Assembly (NCBI GenBank): GCA_965207225.1
Contig: CBDBLV010000005.1
Location: 832,001 to 896,000 of the forward strand
DNA length: 64,000 nt
From: Dehalococcoidia bacterium
GTDB taxonomy: Bacteria; Chloroflexota; Dehalococcoidia; Plut-88900
Reading direction: 5' to 3'
Positions 28,646 through 38,739 of the stretch are shown here, piece by piece (position 1 is the stretch's first letter; every line of letters begins with the position of its first letter). The translations under genes and the position numbers were made by a program. The notes under the pieces were generated by a model. It made no database searches and was not told where the DNA came from. It was given only the letters and a program-made list of their open reading frames with translations.

Positions 28646-30016
28646 ATGAAACGATTCACGATCCGTCCAGCAATTTCCCACGGCCGACCAGTGCGAATTG
28701 GTAGTGGAGACTCGAAAGGCGACTGGGTGTCCCTTGGCAGGCTCGCTGAGGCCGGACCAGCCTCTCAAGTCCAGCACGACCTAAGTGGTGAGCACGTGGT
28801 GGCGATCGTTGGGAAGCGGGGTTCGGGAAAGTCGTATGCTCTCGGAGCCCTCCTCGAGGGCTTGGCAATCGGAGAGGCGGGATCAGCCCTCGCCAGTACA
28901 GACCGTAGAAGGGCAGTATTGCTCTTCGATACGCTGGGCATCTTCCAATGGATGGATGTCCCGGTAACCGCAGCCAACAATTCACCAGAAGTGCAGAGAC
29001 AATACCAGTCCCGGTCTGGCTGGGACCTTCCTGAAGCTGCGGTAGACGCCTTGGTCTGGAGGCCGCGTGGGCCCGGTCCAGCTCCACCACAACAGATGGA
29101 ACTCGTGGTCAAGCATAGTGACCTTGATGTCTCCGACTGGGCTTACCTCTTCGGTTTAGACCTGCTCCAAGACCGCATGGGGCAGTTGCTGAATGACGCT
29201 TTCTACAAAGTCACCACCGAAGGCTGGTATGCGGGAAGCACACCGAAGGCGCCGACGCAGGACTACAGCCTAGCTAACGTCATTGAATGCATAAACTCGG
29301 ATCCCGAGTTGAACACTACATATCAGTCGGAGACTAGGCGGGCGATAGTCCAACAGCTCACGACGTACTCCAGAAACCCGGTTTTTGGTGAAGACGGGGT
29401 AGGATTGCGGGAGCTATTGAAGCCCGGATACATCAGCGTCGTTGTAATGAACCGGATGAATACGGGGCTCCGCTTCGCACTCATCACTTCGATAGTTAGG
29501 CGCCTCATGCGCTCTAGGATCGCAGCGTCCGAGATCGAAAAAGAGCTGAGGATCCGGGGTAACATGACTCAGGAGCAACGCTTATCGCTTGAGGCCCAGT
29601 TAGCGGACGCCGTACCACCAACATGGATAGCTGCTGACGAGGCACAGAACTTCCTTCCTTCGGAGCGGAATACCGGGGCATCGGAAGTGCTAATTCAGTT
29701 GGTTAGAGAAGGGAGGAACTATGGCCTCTCGTTCGTTGTCACTACACAGCAGCCAACCGCGATTGACCCGAGGATAATGGCCCAGGTGGACACTTTGATG
29801 GCCCACAAGCTGACAGTGCAGGCTGACATTGAACAGATTCGCAGGAACCTAAAGAGCCAGCTACCATCCCAGATAAGGTATGGACACCGAGAACTCGGAC
29901 TCGAAGGGCTGCTTCACGAGCTTGATGTCGGCCAAGCAGTCGTATCCAACACCGATGCCCCTAGGACTCTTGTCATAGATGTGAGACCCCGGCTGTCTGT
30001 GCACGGGGGGTTCTAA
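28646..30016 (+). CDS. HerA/FtsK-family ATPase (DUF87-like)
   Basis: HVVAIVGKRGSGKSY, IAADEAQNF, LVREGRNYGLSFVVTTQQP. Confidence 0.9.
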   Translation: MKRFTIRPAISHGRPVRIGSGDSKGDWVSLGRLAEAGPASQVQHDLSGEHVVAIVGKRGSGKSYALGALLEGLAIGEAGSALASTDRRRAVLLFDTLGIFQWMDVPVTAANNSPEVQRQYQSRSGWDLPEAAVDALVWRPRGPGPAPPQQMELVVKHSDLDVSDWAYLFGLDLLQDRMGQLLNDAFYKVTTEGWYAGSTPKAPTQDYSLANVIECINSDPELNTTYQSETRRAIVQQLTTYSRNPVFGEDGVGLRELLKPGYISVVVMNRMNTGLRFALITSIVRRLMRSRIAASEIEKELRIRGNMTQEQRLSLEAQLADAVPPTWIAADEAQNFLPSERNTGASEVLIQLVREGRNYGLSFVVTTQQPTAIDPRIMAQVDTLMAHKLTVQADIEQIRRNLKSQLPSQIRYGHRELGLEGLLHELDVGQAVVSNTDAPRTLVIDVRPRLSVHGGF

Positions 30017-31264
30017 GTGTATTCCGACCTAGGCCTACGGAGACCCAGCGTATTAGATACACCACGGAGGTCCATGCAACGGCTCGGCTTACTAAAGTTG
30101 CTCGTAGGCGTATCAGCCCGGGGGTCTGCGAACACCCTCCTATCGACCGGTGGGCAAGTGATCAAAGCTCTGACCAGCAAGGTAGTCCTCCCCTGGGACA
30201 ACCGAACCGCCTCCTATGTCCGCTCTGCGCTCTCGGTGCAGACAAACGCAAGGCTCAGGGAACAAGCCGCCGGCTTTTTGTCACCAGGGTACTCTGGACC
30301 TCGGCAAGTCGCTTTAGAGCTACAGGACGCTTACCTCGCCCTCGGCCGTCTCCCGTCCCGCCGGGGCCGCTTGGCAACTACAGACGATTCGAGGTTTCCG
30401 CATTGGGGGATAGCGTTAGGACTGACTAGGAAAGAGCCCTTTGACCCCCTGGTACGCGGGAACCTTCTCCTTAAACTAACTAAGGATGCGGAGCTTTTGG
30501 GATTCAGCCAATTTGACCCCTTGGTCAACCCCTTAGAGCTGACCAGGCCCCAACGGGTGTTTTTTATGTACGTCATCTTAAAGAGAGACCTCAGCATCCT
30601 GGTGCCCCTATATGAGCGGCTGGCAGAGCTTAACGGAACGTTTTCTGATATGGAAGCGGGGGATCTGTTGCCAGAGTTGTATTTCTCGGCCTCTAAGGCA
30701 CTCAAGCGCACGGGCAGGGGCGGGAACGACTCAGTCTGGGCGAACCAACTCGCTGAGACGGCCTCGGCTATAAGGGCACGCCAAGGCAAGTCCTACGGCA
30801 AAACCGTAAGGGAGCAGACCGTAACCCCCCGGCTAGAGCCGTTTGTTGATCTAGGCATACTCGCCAAGACTTCCGCATATTCTTACGAGTATCGTTTCAC
30901 TCCTGAGGGACGGGAATTTTTCTCCAATATGAAAGGGAAGTGGAACGGTTCATTCTCCTGGTTTGGCAAGGAGGCCGCAACTGTTTTCGGATATGGAGAC
31001 AGGGAGGTGTCGAGGGACACCGAATTACTCAGGCTCCTTTTTTCGGCTTGGGGGGAGATCAAGAGCCACCTAGGTTATTCTCCCATCGATGAGACCCTGC
31101 TCTTAGGACTGATTCATGGCCTTGAGGAAGGAGCTGGCTGGTTTGACTTGGGCAAAGCCTACAATACGCTACGCTCTGCCCAGAAGGCAGTGCCGGGACT
31201 TCTCAGGTTTAACATGGACCGGTACGGCCGCCTTTCGGTCGTCCGATTTATGCGTCCCCCATAG
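30017..31264 (+). CDS. Hypothetical protein, possibly tandem winged-helix
   Basis: Abuts the HerA stop; PRLEPFVDLGIL...YRFTPEG resembles a wHTH wing. Confidence 0.65.
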   Translation: MYSDLGLRRPSVLDTPRRSMQRLGLLKLLVGVSARGSANTLLSTGGQVIKALTSKVVLPWDNRTASYVRSALSVQTNARLREQAAGFLSPGYSGPRQVALELQDAYLALGRLPSRRGRLATTDDSRFPHWGIALGLTRKEPFDPLVRGNLLLKLTKDAELLGFSQFDPLVNPLELTRPQRVFFMYVILKRDLSILVPLYERLAELNGTFSDMEAGDLLPELYFSASKALKRTGRGGNDSVWANQLAETASAIRARQGKSYGKTVREQTVTPRLEPFVDLGILAKTSAYSYEYRFTPEGREFFSNMKGKWNGSFSWFGKEAATVFGYGDREVSRDTELLRLLFSAWGEIKSHLGYSPIDETLLLGLIHGLEEGAGWFDLGKAYNTLRSAQKAVPGLLRFNMDRYGRLSVVRFMRPP

Positions 31265-31270
31265 TATGTC

Positions 31271-32383
31271 ATGAATAGTGACTTCAGCCATTTGTTCATC
31301 ACTAGGTGGCCGTTTCGGACAGTGCCCGACGCTGAGTCAAGTAAGCTATGGGCCGACCGGTCACGTCTCCGTGCTCAAGTCAAAAAGCTGTTGTGGCGCT
31401 GGGGCCGCAGCGACCAAAGTACCATCCACCTTATGTGGGCCGACCTCGGCGCCGGCAAGAGCCATACCCTGAGGCACATACAGTCGCGCCTGTTGGACTC
31501 GCCTGAGTCGGGAATGTATCCCATCTATTCCGTGATGCCGCGGGAACTGCGGACGTTCCTCGATGTGTACCAAGCCATACTCGCTGGCCTAGACCTAAAC
31601 CGGTTGGGACAGATGTCTGTGGCTGCCCTTCGTGCCGAAGGGTCCAAAGACAAATTGGTCAAGAACGCATTCCCCGGTCTACCTGAAGCGGTCACGGCGT
31701 TAGTGGCGCTGCAGGCTGAGAGCGAAAGTGACCGGACAGTTGCCGCTCAGTGGCTCAGAGGTACGCGGGGCCTCACGAAGCGTGACCTACGGCCGCTGGG
31801 AGCTATCCGGAGCATCAAGACCACCGATGAGGCAGTCGCAGCCCTTAGCGGGATCATGTATGTCGTCAGAGTGGCAGAGAAAACGAGTAGGTTCGTAGTG
31901 ATGTTGGACGAAGCCCAACGCCTTGGGCAGGCTTCAAATAAGGTTCGCCAAGACGTCAACGTGGGGTTGCAGACTTGGTACGACTCTAGTCCAAATAACC
32001 TCACCCTGATTATGTCGTTCGGAAGTGGGAACGAGGACTATGTCCGCCATATGGTCAGTCAAGAATTGCAGCGCCGTGAAGACTATGACCGCTTGCGACT
32101 CGAGCTGTTCGAGCCCGCAGAAATAGTCGAATTTGTTGCCGATCTCCTGCAACAGAGCCGGTCAGGCGAACCACCACATGAGTGGTTCCCCTTCACGGAG
32201 ACCCTCGTCTGCGAACTTGCGACACGTATGTGCAACAACGGAGGAGTGACCGCCGGAGCAATAATGAAGGCCTTTAACGCCGTACTGACAGAACTGGACT
32301 ATGAGATCGGAACTGGCGACGGTGACGAGGTAGGGGAAGCTTCCTTAGTTAGGAGGGGGCTTGAAGCGTTAGAGACCGGTTAG
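31271..32383 (+). CDS. P-loop AAA+-type ATPase 2
   Basis: Walker A ADLGAGKS, Walker B VMLDEAQ, ELQRR, WFPF; architecture parallels ATPase 1. Confidence 0.85.
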   Translation: MNSDFSHLFITRWPFRTVPDAESSKLWADRSRLRAQVKKLLWRWGRSDQSTIHLMWADLGAGKSHTLRHIQSRLLDSPESGMYPIYSVMPRELRTFLDVYQAILAGLDLNRLGQMSVAALRAEGSKDKLVKNAFPGLPEAVTALVALQAESESDRTVAAQWLRGTRGLTKRDLRPLGAIRSIKTTDEAVAALSGIMYVVRVAEKTSRFVVMLDEAQRLGQASNKVRQDVNVGLQTWYDSSPNNLTLIMSFGSGNEDYVRHMVSQELQRREDYDRLRLELFEPAEIVEFVADLLQQSRSGEPPHEWFPFTETLVCELATRMCNNGGVTAGAIMKAFNAVLTELDYEIGTGDGDEVGEASLVRRGLEALETG

Positions 32384-32404
32384 CCTTTCTGGAGGTGGGA
32401 CTCC

Positions 32405-32887
32405 ATGTCAGATGACCTCGTCTGGGACTCAGCTGATGACCCCGGCTGGGATATTTATGACGAGCTGTGGCCCCACATCCGGCACCTGGAGCATGAGGCA
32501 GGCGAAGGGAGGCTCCCCAGGTGTGCATTTGAGGGGCGGTGTGAGGACTGTCCTGTAGCGTCCGGGAAGACGTGTCCGATCTCAACTGATAACGACTTTA
32601 TCTCGCTATTGCTCTACTACAGTGCGACCGATTCCGGACTGAGTCAACTCACGGCCCAGTCATCGCAGTCGTGGACTCAAACAGTTAGAGAACAACGGTT
32701 GAACTTGATTGCGAGGGTCTTGCAGAGGAACAAACTAGCGATGCACTGGGAACTGGTTGCGAAAATAGTGAAGGAGGAAGAGCCTGTGCTGTTCCCGTCG
32801 CCTAGGTCAGTCCTTGCTACCCTCAGGGGTAACCCTGAACGTTTCTCAATGGAATCGCCCGGTTCATATTTCCTAAACGCGGACTGA
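32405..32887 (+). CDS. Small Cys-cluster protein with a putative C-terminal winged helix
   Basis: C-x5-C-x2-C-x7-C (CAFEGRCEDCPVASGKTC); MHWELVAKIV...SVLATL...F....PGSYFL; GGAGG RBS. Confidence 0.6.
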   Translation: MSDDLVWDSADDPGWDIYDELWPHIRHLEHEAGEGRLPRCAFEGRCEDCPVASGKTCPISTDNDFISLLLYYSATDSGLSQLTAQSSQSWTQTVREQRLNLIARVLQRNKLAMHWELVAKIVKEEEPVLFPSPRSVLATLRGNPERFSMESPGSYFLNAD

Positions 32888-33109
32888 TCATTCCTGCAGC
32901 TTGGCCGCTGGTGACGGTTAAGTCAGTACCTTGACTCCTAAGTCCCCACTTACTGTGGGCATTGAGGCCGAGGTAACCTTGAAAGTTAATTGTTGTGTCA
33001 CTACAATACCACTGACTCAAGAAAAAGGCGGCCAACGTAGACATGTTATCGTCCGCGCCGGGCATTCCTCACCTTTCGGGCTCCTTACAAAGAGTGGATG
33101 TAGCATAAG

Positions 33110-33310
33110 ATGCCCCTCGAAGATTACCTCACAGCTATCGAGGCTGCGCGCCGGCTCCGTGTGCATCCGGAGACCGTAAAGCGCCTCTGCAGGCAGGGTG
33201 ACCTCCCCGCGGAGAAAGTCCACAATACGTGGTTGATACACCAGGACACGCTCGCAGTGTTCGCCGGGACGTACGACCCACGGCCTGGGGCTAAGAGGCG
33301 GCTGCTCTAG
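33110..33310 (+). CDS. Excisionase-like (MerR/HTH_17) DNA-binding protein
   Basis: YLTAIEAARRLRVHPETVKRLCRQGDLPAEKV..TWLI. Confidence 0.85.
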   Translation: MPLEDYLTAIEAARRLRVHPETVKRLCRQGDLPAEKVHNTWLIHQDTLAVFAGTYDPRPGAKRRLL

Positions 33311-33311
33311 T

Positions 33312-34526
33312 ATGGAAATCGACAATCGCTCACACATATCCCTCTTCACGGGAGCCGGGGGGCTAGACCTCGGGATAGACCGGTCGGGCTTTACCACCCT
33401 TGTAGCCGTCGAAAAGGACAAGTATGCCCAGGAGACCCTCAGGTCTAACAGGGCACATTTCGAGTTCCCCAGCTTCGAGTTGCTCGCTGATGCGACCGAG
33501 TTAACAGGGGAAGACCTGCTAAACGCGGCGGGAGTCAAGAGGGGGAACCTAGACTTGCTGAGCGGTGGCCCGCCTTGCCAGGCCTTTAGCACGGCAGGTC
33601 ACCGCGCTTCTCTCTCTGATCCCCGCGGGAGCCTACTCGGCCGGTTCCTACAACTCGTAGGGGAACTCGAGCCAAGGTTCTTCGTCCTCGAGAACGTACG
33701 CGGCGTCCTGTCCGCGGCCCTCAGGCACCGCCCCCTCGATAGGCGGGGGGAGGGACATGAACCGCTCAGTGAGGACGAGGAGCTGGGTAGCCTCCTCAGT
33801 TCCGTGATCCTTCCATGGATCACCGTACGTCTGCGTTACCAAGTCTCATATGGCCTAGTGAATTCCGCGGACTACGGCGTACCTCAGTTACGCCACAGGG
33901 TCGTCTTCATAGGGAGCCGGGATCACGAGCTAAGTGGCTGTGGACAACCCCCCAGCATTGGGGATCTGGTGCCGGCGACCCACTCCGGGCAGCCAGACAG
34001 CGCTCTGCCTCCGTGGCGTACCCTAAGGGACGCCTTGGCCAGACTACCGGTCACCGACTCCGAAGGTGCACGTTACAGTCCGGCGAGGGCGGCGGTGATG
34101 AGGAATGTGCCCCAAGGCAGGAACTGGCGCTTCCTGAGGGACAACTTCGGGGATGACTACCTGCGCTCGGTCATGGGAGGGGCATATGACTCTACCGGGG
34201 GCCGCGTCGGCTTCTGGCGCAGGCTCAACCTGGATAAACCGTCCCCGACACTGCCGGCCAGCCCGGTTCAGAAGGCGACGAGCCTCTGCCACCCCACGGA
34301 GACTAGGCCCTTGAGTGTGCGGGAGTACGCGCGCGTGCAACAGTTCCCCGACGACTATGTCTTCGCCGGCCCGACCTCGGCCAAATATACGCAGATCGGC
34401 AATGCCGTGCCAGTAGGACTGGCCTACGCGGTAGGAAGGGCGGTCGGTCGGTTCTACCTAGGCAATAGGGTTGCGAAGGATCCGGGGGTGCCCCAAGTCC
34501 AGCCCGAACTACTCCCGGCTGGGTAG
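33312..34526 (+). CDS. DNA (cytosine-5)-methyltransferase
   Basis: Motif I FTGAGG, IV GGPPCQ, VI ENV, VIII QLRHRV, X YTQIGNAVP. Confidence 0.95.
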   Translation: MEIDNRSHISLFTGAGGLDLGIDRSGFTTLVAVEKDKYAQETLRSNRAHFEFPSFELLADATELTGEDLLNAAGVKRGNLDLLSGGPPCQAFSTAGHRASLSDPRGSLLGRFLQLVGELEPRFFVLENVRGVLSAALRHRPLDRRGEGHEPLSEDEELGSLLSSVILPWITVRLRYQVSYGLVNSADYGVPQLRHRVVFIGSRDHELSGCGQPPSIGDLVPATHSGQPDSALPPWRTLRDALARLPVTDSEGARYSPARAAVMRNVPQGRNWRFLRDNFGDDYLRSVMGGAYDSTGGRVGFWRRLNLDKPSPTLPASPVQKATSLCHPTETRPLSVREYARVQQFPDDYVFAGPTSAKYTQIGNAVPVGLAYAVGRAVGRFYLGNRVAKDPGVPQVQPELLPAG

Positions 34527-34542
34527 GCCCTGGGGTGACAGT

Positions 34543-35292
34543 CTACGGGAACTTAGGTACCATCTCTGCCCAGTTGACCTCGCCTTCCCGGTTGGCCAAG
34601 CCCTCCAGAGTGAGGTACTCCACCAGGCGATCAACTACCCTGACCTTCTCGGCTTCGAACCTGACGTAATCCAGAGGGTTGCGGCCCAGGGCCTCGCTGA
34701 GCCTCTCCAGGAAGCTCTCTCCTGCGCCGAAGTACTCCCACATACACTCACCGACGAGCCAGAGGATCCCCTCGTCGGTCGTGGTTTTCTTACGCTTACC
34801 CCTGGCTACGGCTTTGACCATCACAACCCTGGTGCCCTCCTGGGCGAGTGGGTTGTCGTCGGTGGCCCTCTGACCTTCCCAATACCGTTTGGCGCGGCCT
34901 AAGTTGGTAGCCGTCGCCTCGGTTATGTCACCGTTTGACGTAGAGAGCCCGGACTTTAGGTTGATCACCCTCAGCTCGCCCGGCATCGCTTGGATGAAGT
35001 CTATTCCCTTGTAGCCGGTCAGCCTCTTCTGGGCCAGAGTCACCTTCTGGGGACCCAGTACTTGGAGAATCCTCTCGTACAGGAAACCCATCGTCATTTC
35101 CATAGTGGCAACCAAACGGTGCTCGACTAGCTGCCTCGCCAGCCCTCGGGAGTCGCTTATGCCGAGGCCGCGGTACATGTTCAGGTCGCGTTTCTCGAGC
35201 AAATCCTTGGCCTTAACCTTGCGCGGGGCCTCTTCGGCGTATGCGTTCCACGCCTGAACCACCTTGTCCAACTGGCCTTTGGTGATCGCCAT
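34543..35292 (-). CDS. Putative type II restriction endonuclease
   Basis: Convergent with the MTase; MGFLYE...GIDF...INLKSG PD-(D/E)XK-like motif. Confidence 0.7.
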   Translation of the reverse strand: MAITKGQLDKVVQAWNAYAEEAPRKVKAKDLLEKRDLNMYRGLGISDSRGLARQLVEHRLVATMEMTMGFLYERILQVLGPQKVTLAQKRLTGYKGIDFIQAMPGELRVINLKSGLSTSNGDITEATATNLGRAKRYWEGQRATDDNPLAQEGTRVVMVKAVARGKRKKTTTDEGILWLVGECMWEYFGAGESFLERLSEALGRNPLDYVRFEAEKVRVVDRLVEYLTLEGLANREGEVNWAEMVPKFP

Positions 35293-35505
35293 TGCTGTCC
35301 CCTTACGGCTCTAGGGTCATCCGCCAGTTTACACCTATATTGGTTCGAACTGCACAACATCGCCCGGAGACAACATCAAAGGGAGCGCATTTACCTAGTA
35401 AACAAACCGGGCCCGAGAGTCTCTTGTAACGACGTCTTTACTAAGGTACAAGCATGCCATCTCTAAGGACTCGAATATGGACCAATATCATAGGAGGTTC
35501 CAGAT

Positions 35506-35784
35506 ATGGAAACAGTCACCGCTTTACGGACAATTCACCGAGGGATGGCAGTAAGCGACGGACAAGGGCTGACGCTGTATGTAGGTGCTATGACCCTGGG
35601 CCAGCTAGGCAGGCAGGCGAAAGTGGACATGTGGAGTCCTTCGAACGCTGACGAGTAACAACGCCCCCTTGTAGGCCGGTGGCTCCGAGCACTGGCCCAG
35701 TATCTCATTGACCAACTGTCCAGAAGGCAGACTACCTCGCTGAAAATCAAACTCCCACCAGTCGCATACGGGGGTGTGCCGTAA
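35506..35784 (+). pseudogene. Remnant of a DGQHR/DndB-like protein N-terminus
   Basis: AGGAGG RBS; ...LYVGAMTLGQL...VDMWSPSNADE*QRPL..RWLRALAQYL, with TAA (35656) at the Y of the conserved YQR motif; rest of the gene missing. Confidence 0.5.
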
Positions 35785-35943
35785 GGGCCTATACATTAGA
35801 ATCTCCGGGTATCATCTCTTCCGGATATGCTGACCGATCTGCAGTACTGGTGCGTCCTGTCCGTGCGTGGCTGTCGGAGGCCTAAGATCGGGGAGACTGC
35901 GCACTATTAGTATAACGAACATCACCACTGGGAGCCCGGTGTA

Positions 35944-36630
35944 ATGCCTAGACGACACAGCCTTTGTAAGGCAGTGGCAATCAGGAGCGCCCTGCTCTCC
36001 TGGGGAACAGATCACCAGCGGCACTTCCCGTGGCGGTCCGCAGGGCTGTCGGTCTATGCTGTGCTAATTGCGGAAGTACTGCTGAAACGTACTACTGCGA
36101 CAGCCGCTGCCCGTGTCTTCCCGTCATTTGTCACTCTGTTCCCCGACCTCAGGAGTATCAGGTATGCCCAGGTGAGTCGGCTTGAGAGGGCACTCGCTTC
36201 CGTGGGACTCCACCGACAGCGTGCCAGGGGGCTGAAGGCGATTGCGGAGTATCTGACCACAAAGCACGAAGGGCAAGTCCCCGATAGCTTAAACGAGTTG
36301 GAGAAGGTTCCTCACTTGGGCCCATATTCTGCCAGGGCGGTCTTGTCCTTCGGACACAACATCCCAGCCGCCATCGTCGATTCTAACGTGATTAGGGTCT
36401 TGGGAAGGGTGTATACGAGACTGATCGGTACGTCCCCTTCCCTATCTGCCACCCAAGCTCTCGCCGATACGCTCCTTGACGCCGGAGACCACAAGACATT
36501 CAATTGGGCTCTGCTGGACTTAGGTGCCTTGGTCTGCCGCTATGACAGGCCACTGTGCGGGCAGTGTCCTCTGGCGGGCTCATGCGACTACTTTGACCTC
36601 CAGTCGGCGACAGGGAGCCAACCTGGCTGA
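35944..36630 (+). CDS. HhH-GPD Fe-S DNA glycosylase, Mig-like (T:G mismatch)
   Basis: FPWR, EVLLKRTTA (not the MutY QQT), GPYSA, VDSNVIRV, C-x6-C-x2-C-x5-C. Confidence 0.8.
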   Translation: MPRRHSLCKAVAIRSALLSWGTDHQRHFPWRSAGLSVYAVLIAEVLLKRTTATAAARVFPSFVTLFPDLRSIRYAQVSRLERALASVGLHRQRARGLKAIAEYLTTKHEGQVPDSLNELEKVPHLGPYSARAVLSFGHNIPAAIVDSNVIRVLGRVYTRLIGTSPSLSATQALADTLLDAGDHKTFNWALLDLGALVCRYDRPLCGQCPLAGSCDYFDLQSATGSQPG

Positions 36631-37454
36631 CCTTCATGGCTGGAGTATAGAGAGCAGAAGAGCGAAATCGGCAAAGGCGTCGCGGCTGACCTCGATGTCT
36701 GGGGAGTTGGGTGTGCGCGTACATATCTTTCCTGTGCCCAGCAACATCGGCACATGTCTCTATTAGATGTCCTTACAAGCCTACACAAGCCACGAGCTTT
36801 ATCTCCAAAACTTTCGGCCGGATCCGATGGCAAGGCGAATGAACATGGCAATCAAACCGAGAACCTGCATTAGAACCTCCTTCGCTTGTGTCCACACTGG
36901 CATCCGCAGTGAGAGACGGGAGTGGTTGGGGACTGAAGGTGTACGCGTTCCTGCCGAGGCCGGATGCGCTAAGGGAGGATTGGGGATTCGGGTGGGGCCC
37001 GGACACTGAGGCGTTGAGGAGGTATCACCTGATCTGGGGAGGAGGGATGCAGGGGACGAAACCGCCCCCTGGGGGAGAAGGGTAACCGGGGCTGTGGTTA
37101 CTCAAGAGTGGCATGCGACTAGGCTTAACAAACCAGCCTAGGCGCAGGGCGTATTGGGGCCAGGGTCTCCGAGGGCCGAGTGGGATGTTAGCACTCCGAC
37201 CTCTGTGGCGGTGTCCCTCGGGCCAAACCATGGGGAGAGCAAGGCTCGATCCTTCTGGTCGTGGCCCTGGGAGGCTGTTCGGGGAGCAACGCTCGACCCT
37301 GTGCAGCTTATCCCGGGTTCGTAGGACTAAAACCCTCCAGGTTTGCTAACGTGGAAACGCTGGAAAAAAGCCAGTCAGCAATTTCATTATTGCCCGACAG
37401 GTGTGCTTGAAGGAAGGGTCTTAAGACAGCATTTGGCGCCGCCGCAACACATCA

Positions 37455-37495
37455 CTTACTCCCAAGCCAATCCCTTACTCCCAAGCCAATCCCTT
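37455..37495. repeat. 19-bp tandem duplication
   Basis: CTTACTCCCAAGCCAATCC x2 plus CTT. Confidence 0.9.
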
Positions 37496-38369
37496 CCTCC
37501 CTCCCCGCCTACTTGCACCACAGTCCCAGGTTCAGGATCCTCCGTACCCACCTCAACGTTTTCCGCCTTTGCAAGGCCACCTGTGTGTAGTGGAGGGCCG
37601 CGTGGCGCCATCGGGTCTGGCCCACGGCGCCCGAACCCCCGCAAGGGCTGGGTCTCGGGTGGGAGTTTCAGCCCGTGTTCCTCAAGCATGGCCAGCTCAA
37701 GCACCAGCAACCTCTCTTGGGCCAGAAGCCACGATAGATGCTTCCCTTGGTAGGGATGCTCTTCCCTCATCCGGCGCCACTCATCCACCAGGGGCCATTC
37801 AGCGCCGTAGACCTCGGGGGCATCCTCGGCGGGACCCTCGGTGACTACCTCGGGGTTCTCCCGTTTCGGTCGCCACTGTTTCTTGGCACTCAACCTTTCT
37901 ACCGATGGCACAGCACAATGGATTAGAGGTTCCCATTCCACTGTTCTATGTACACCAGCTTCCGAGGCCCGGGATCTGTCTCTACCCATATCTGGCCTTC
38001 CTAGGGCATTCTCCTTCCCCTAACCATCGACGCCTTCTCCTTCAATGGGCGAATTAAGGTTTCCAGGGTCTCCCACAACTCAGACACGTCCTCTTCCAAT
38101 TGCTGGACGCGTTCTTCCAATCCTTCCTACCCAGGAGTCTCGGTGCCCTACCCATCTTGCAGCAGCCTCCCCAGGGCCTTGGCCATGTGATCGGTGATCC
38201 GGCCCGCATCATGCGCCCGGGCCACGGTCTTGTAGTTGACCCCGAGCAACCAGGCCGCACCAACCCTTCCTTTCTGTTGCACAAAGTCACGGAACATGGC
38301 GTTCAAATGACGTCGCCTCGCTCCAACTCCCTGCAATTCGACATTCCCGTTCACTCTTATCTCACTCAT
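37456..38369 (-). pseudogene. Fragmented element gene (N-terminal HTH-like piece plus C-terminal piece)
   Basis: HTH-like AAWLLGVNYKTVARA segment ends at an early stop; a downstream protein-like frame (EVYGAEWPLVDEWR...LELAMLEEHGLKLPPE) is broken by frameshifts. Confidence 0.45.
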
Positions 38370-38684
38370 TGGTGACCTCCTTCCAACCACGTTCTGTAGG
38401 AGGCCCTTCACGATGTTCCAGCAATATATCCCGGTCCTCCTGGAGCCTTGGCACAAACAGGATTCCCAGCACGCTTCCATGTCACCACACCCGGCATTCC
38501 AGACTGGATGCGTTCGAAGGATAGCCTGCACACGGTCCACGGGTTTATTCGGGGCATCCGTACGCCTTCAGCACGCAGGGCATCTGTCTGCTGTCCTCTC
38601 TTCCCCAGTCCTTAGACTGTCACCTTCAGCGAATCGCTACTGCATCCCTCATTTAATCGCCTGGCCTGATGAGGAATAATTCAG

Positions 38685-38739
38685 CGCTGACACTCTCCAT
38701 TCATCCGACCCCGGGAAGCGGCGCCGCTGACACTCTCCA
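38685..38739. repeat. 15-bp direct repeats upstream of the relaxase-like gene
   Basis: CGCTGACACTCTCCA at 38685-38699 and 38725-38739. Confidence 0.85.

Noticed and set aside
26798-34526. Calling the PLD/ATPase/MTase region BREX, DISARM or Dnd
   Set aside because: No PglZ/PglX, no DrmA helicase or DUF1998 protein, and no DndC/D/E recognised
35944-36630. Housekeeping mutY
   Set aside because: Lacks the C-terminal NUDIX-like domain and the QQT motif; located in an island beside an m5C MTase
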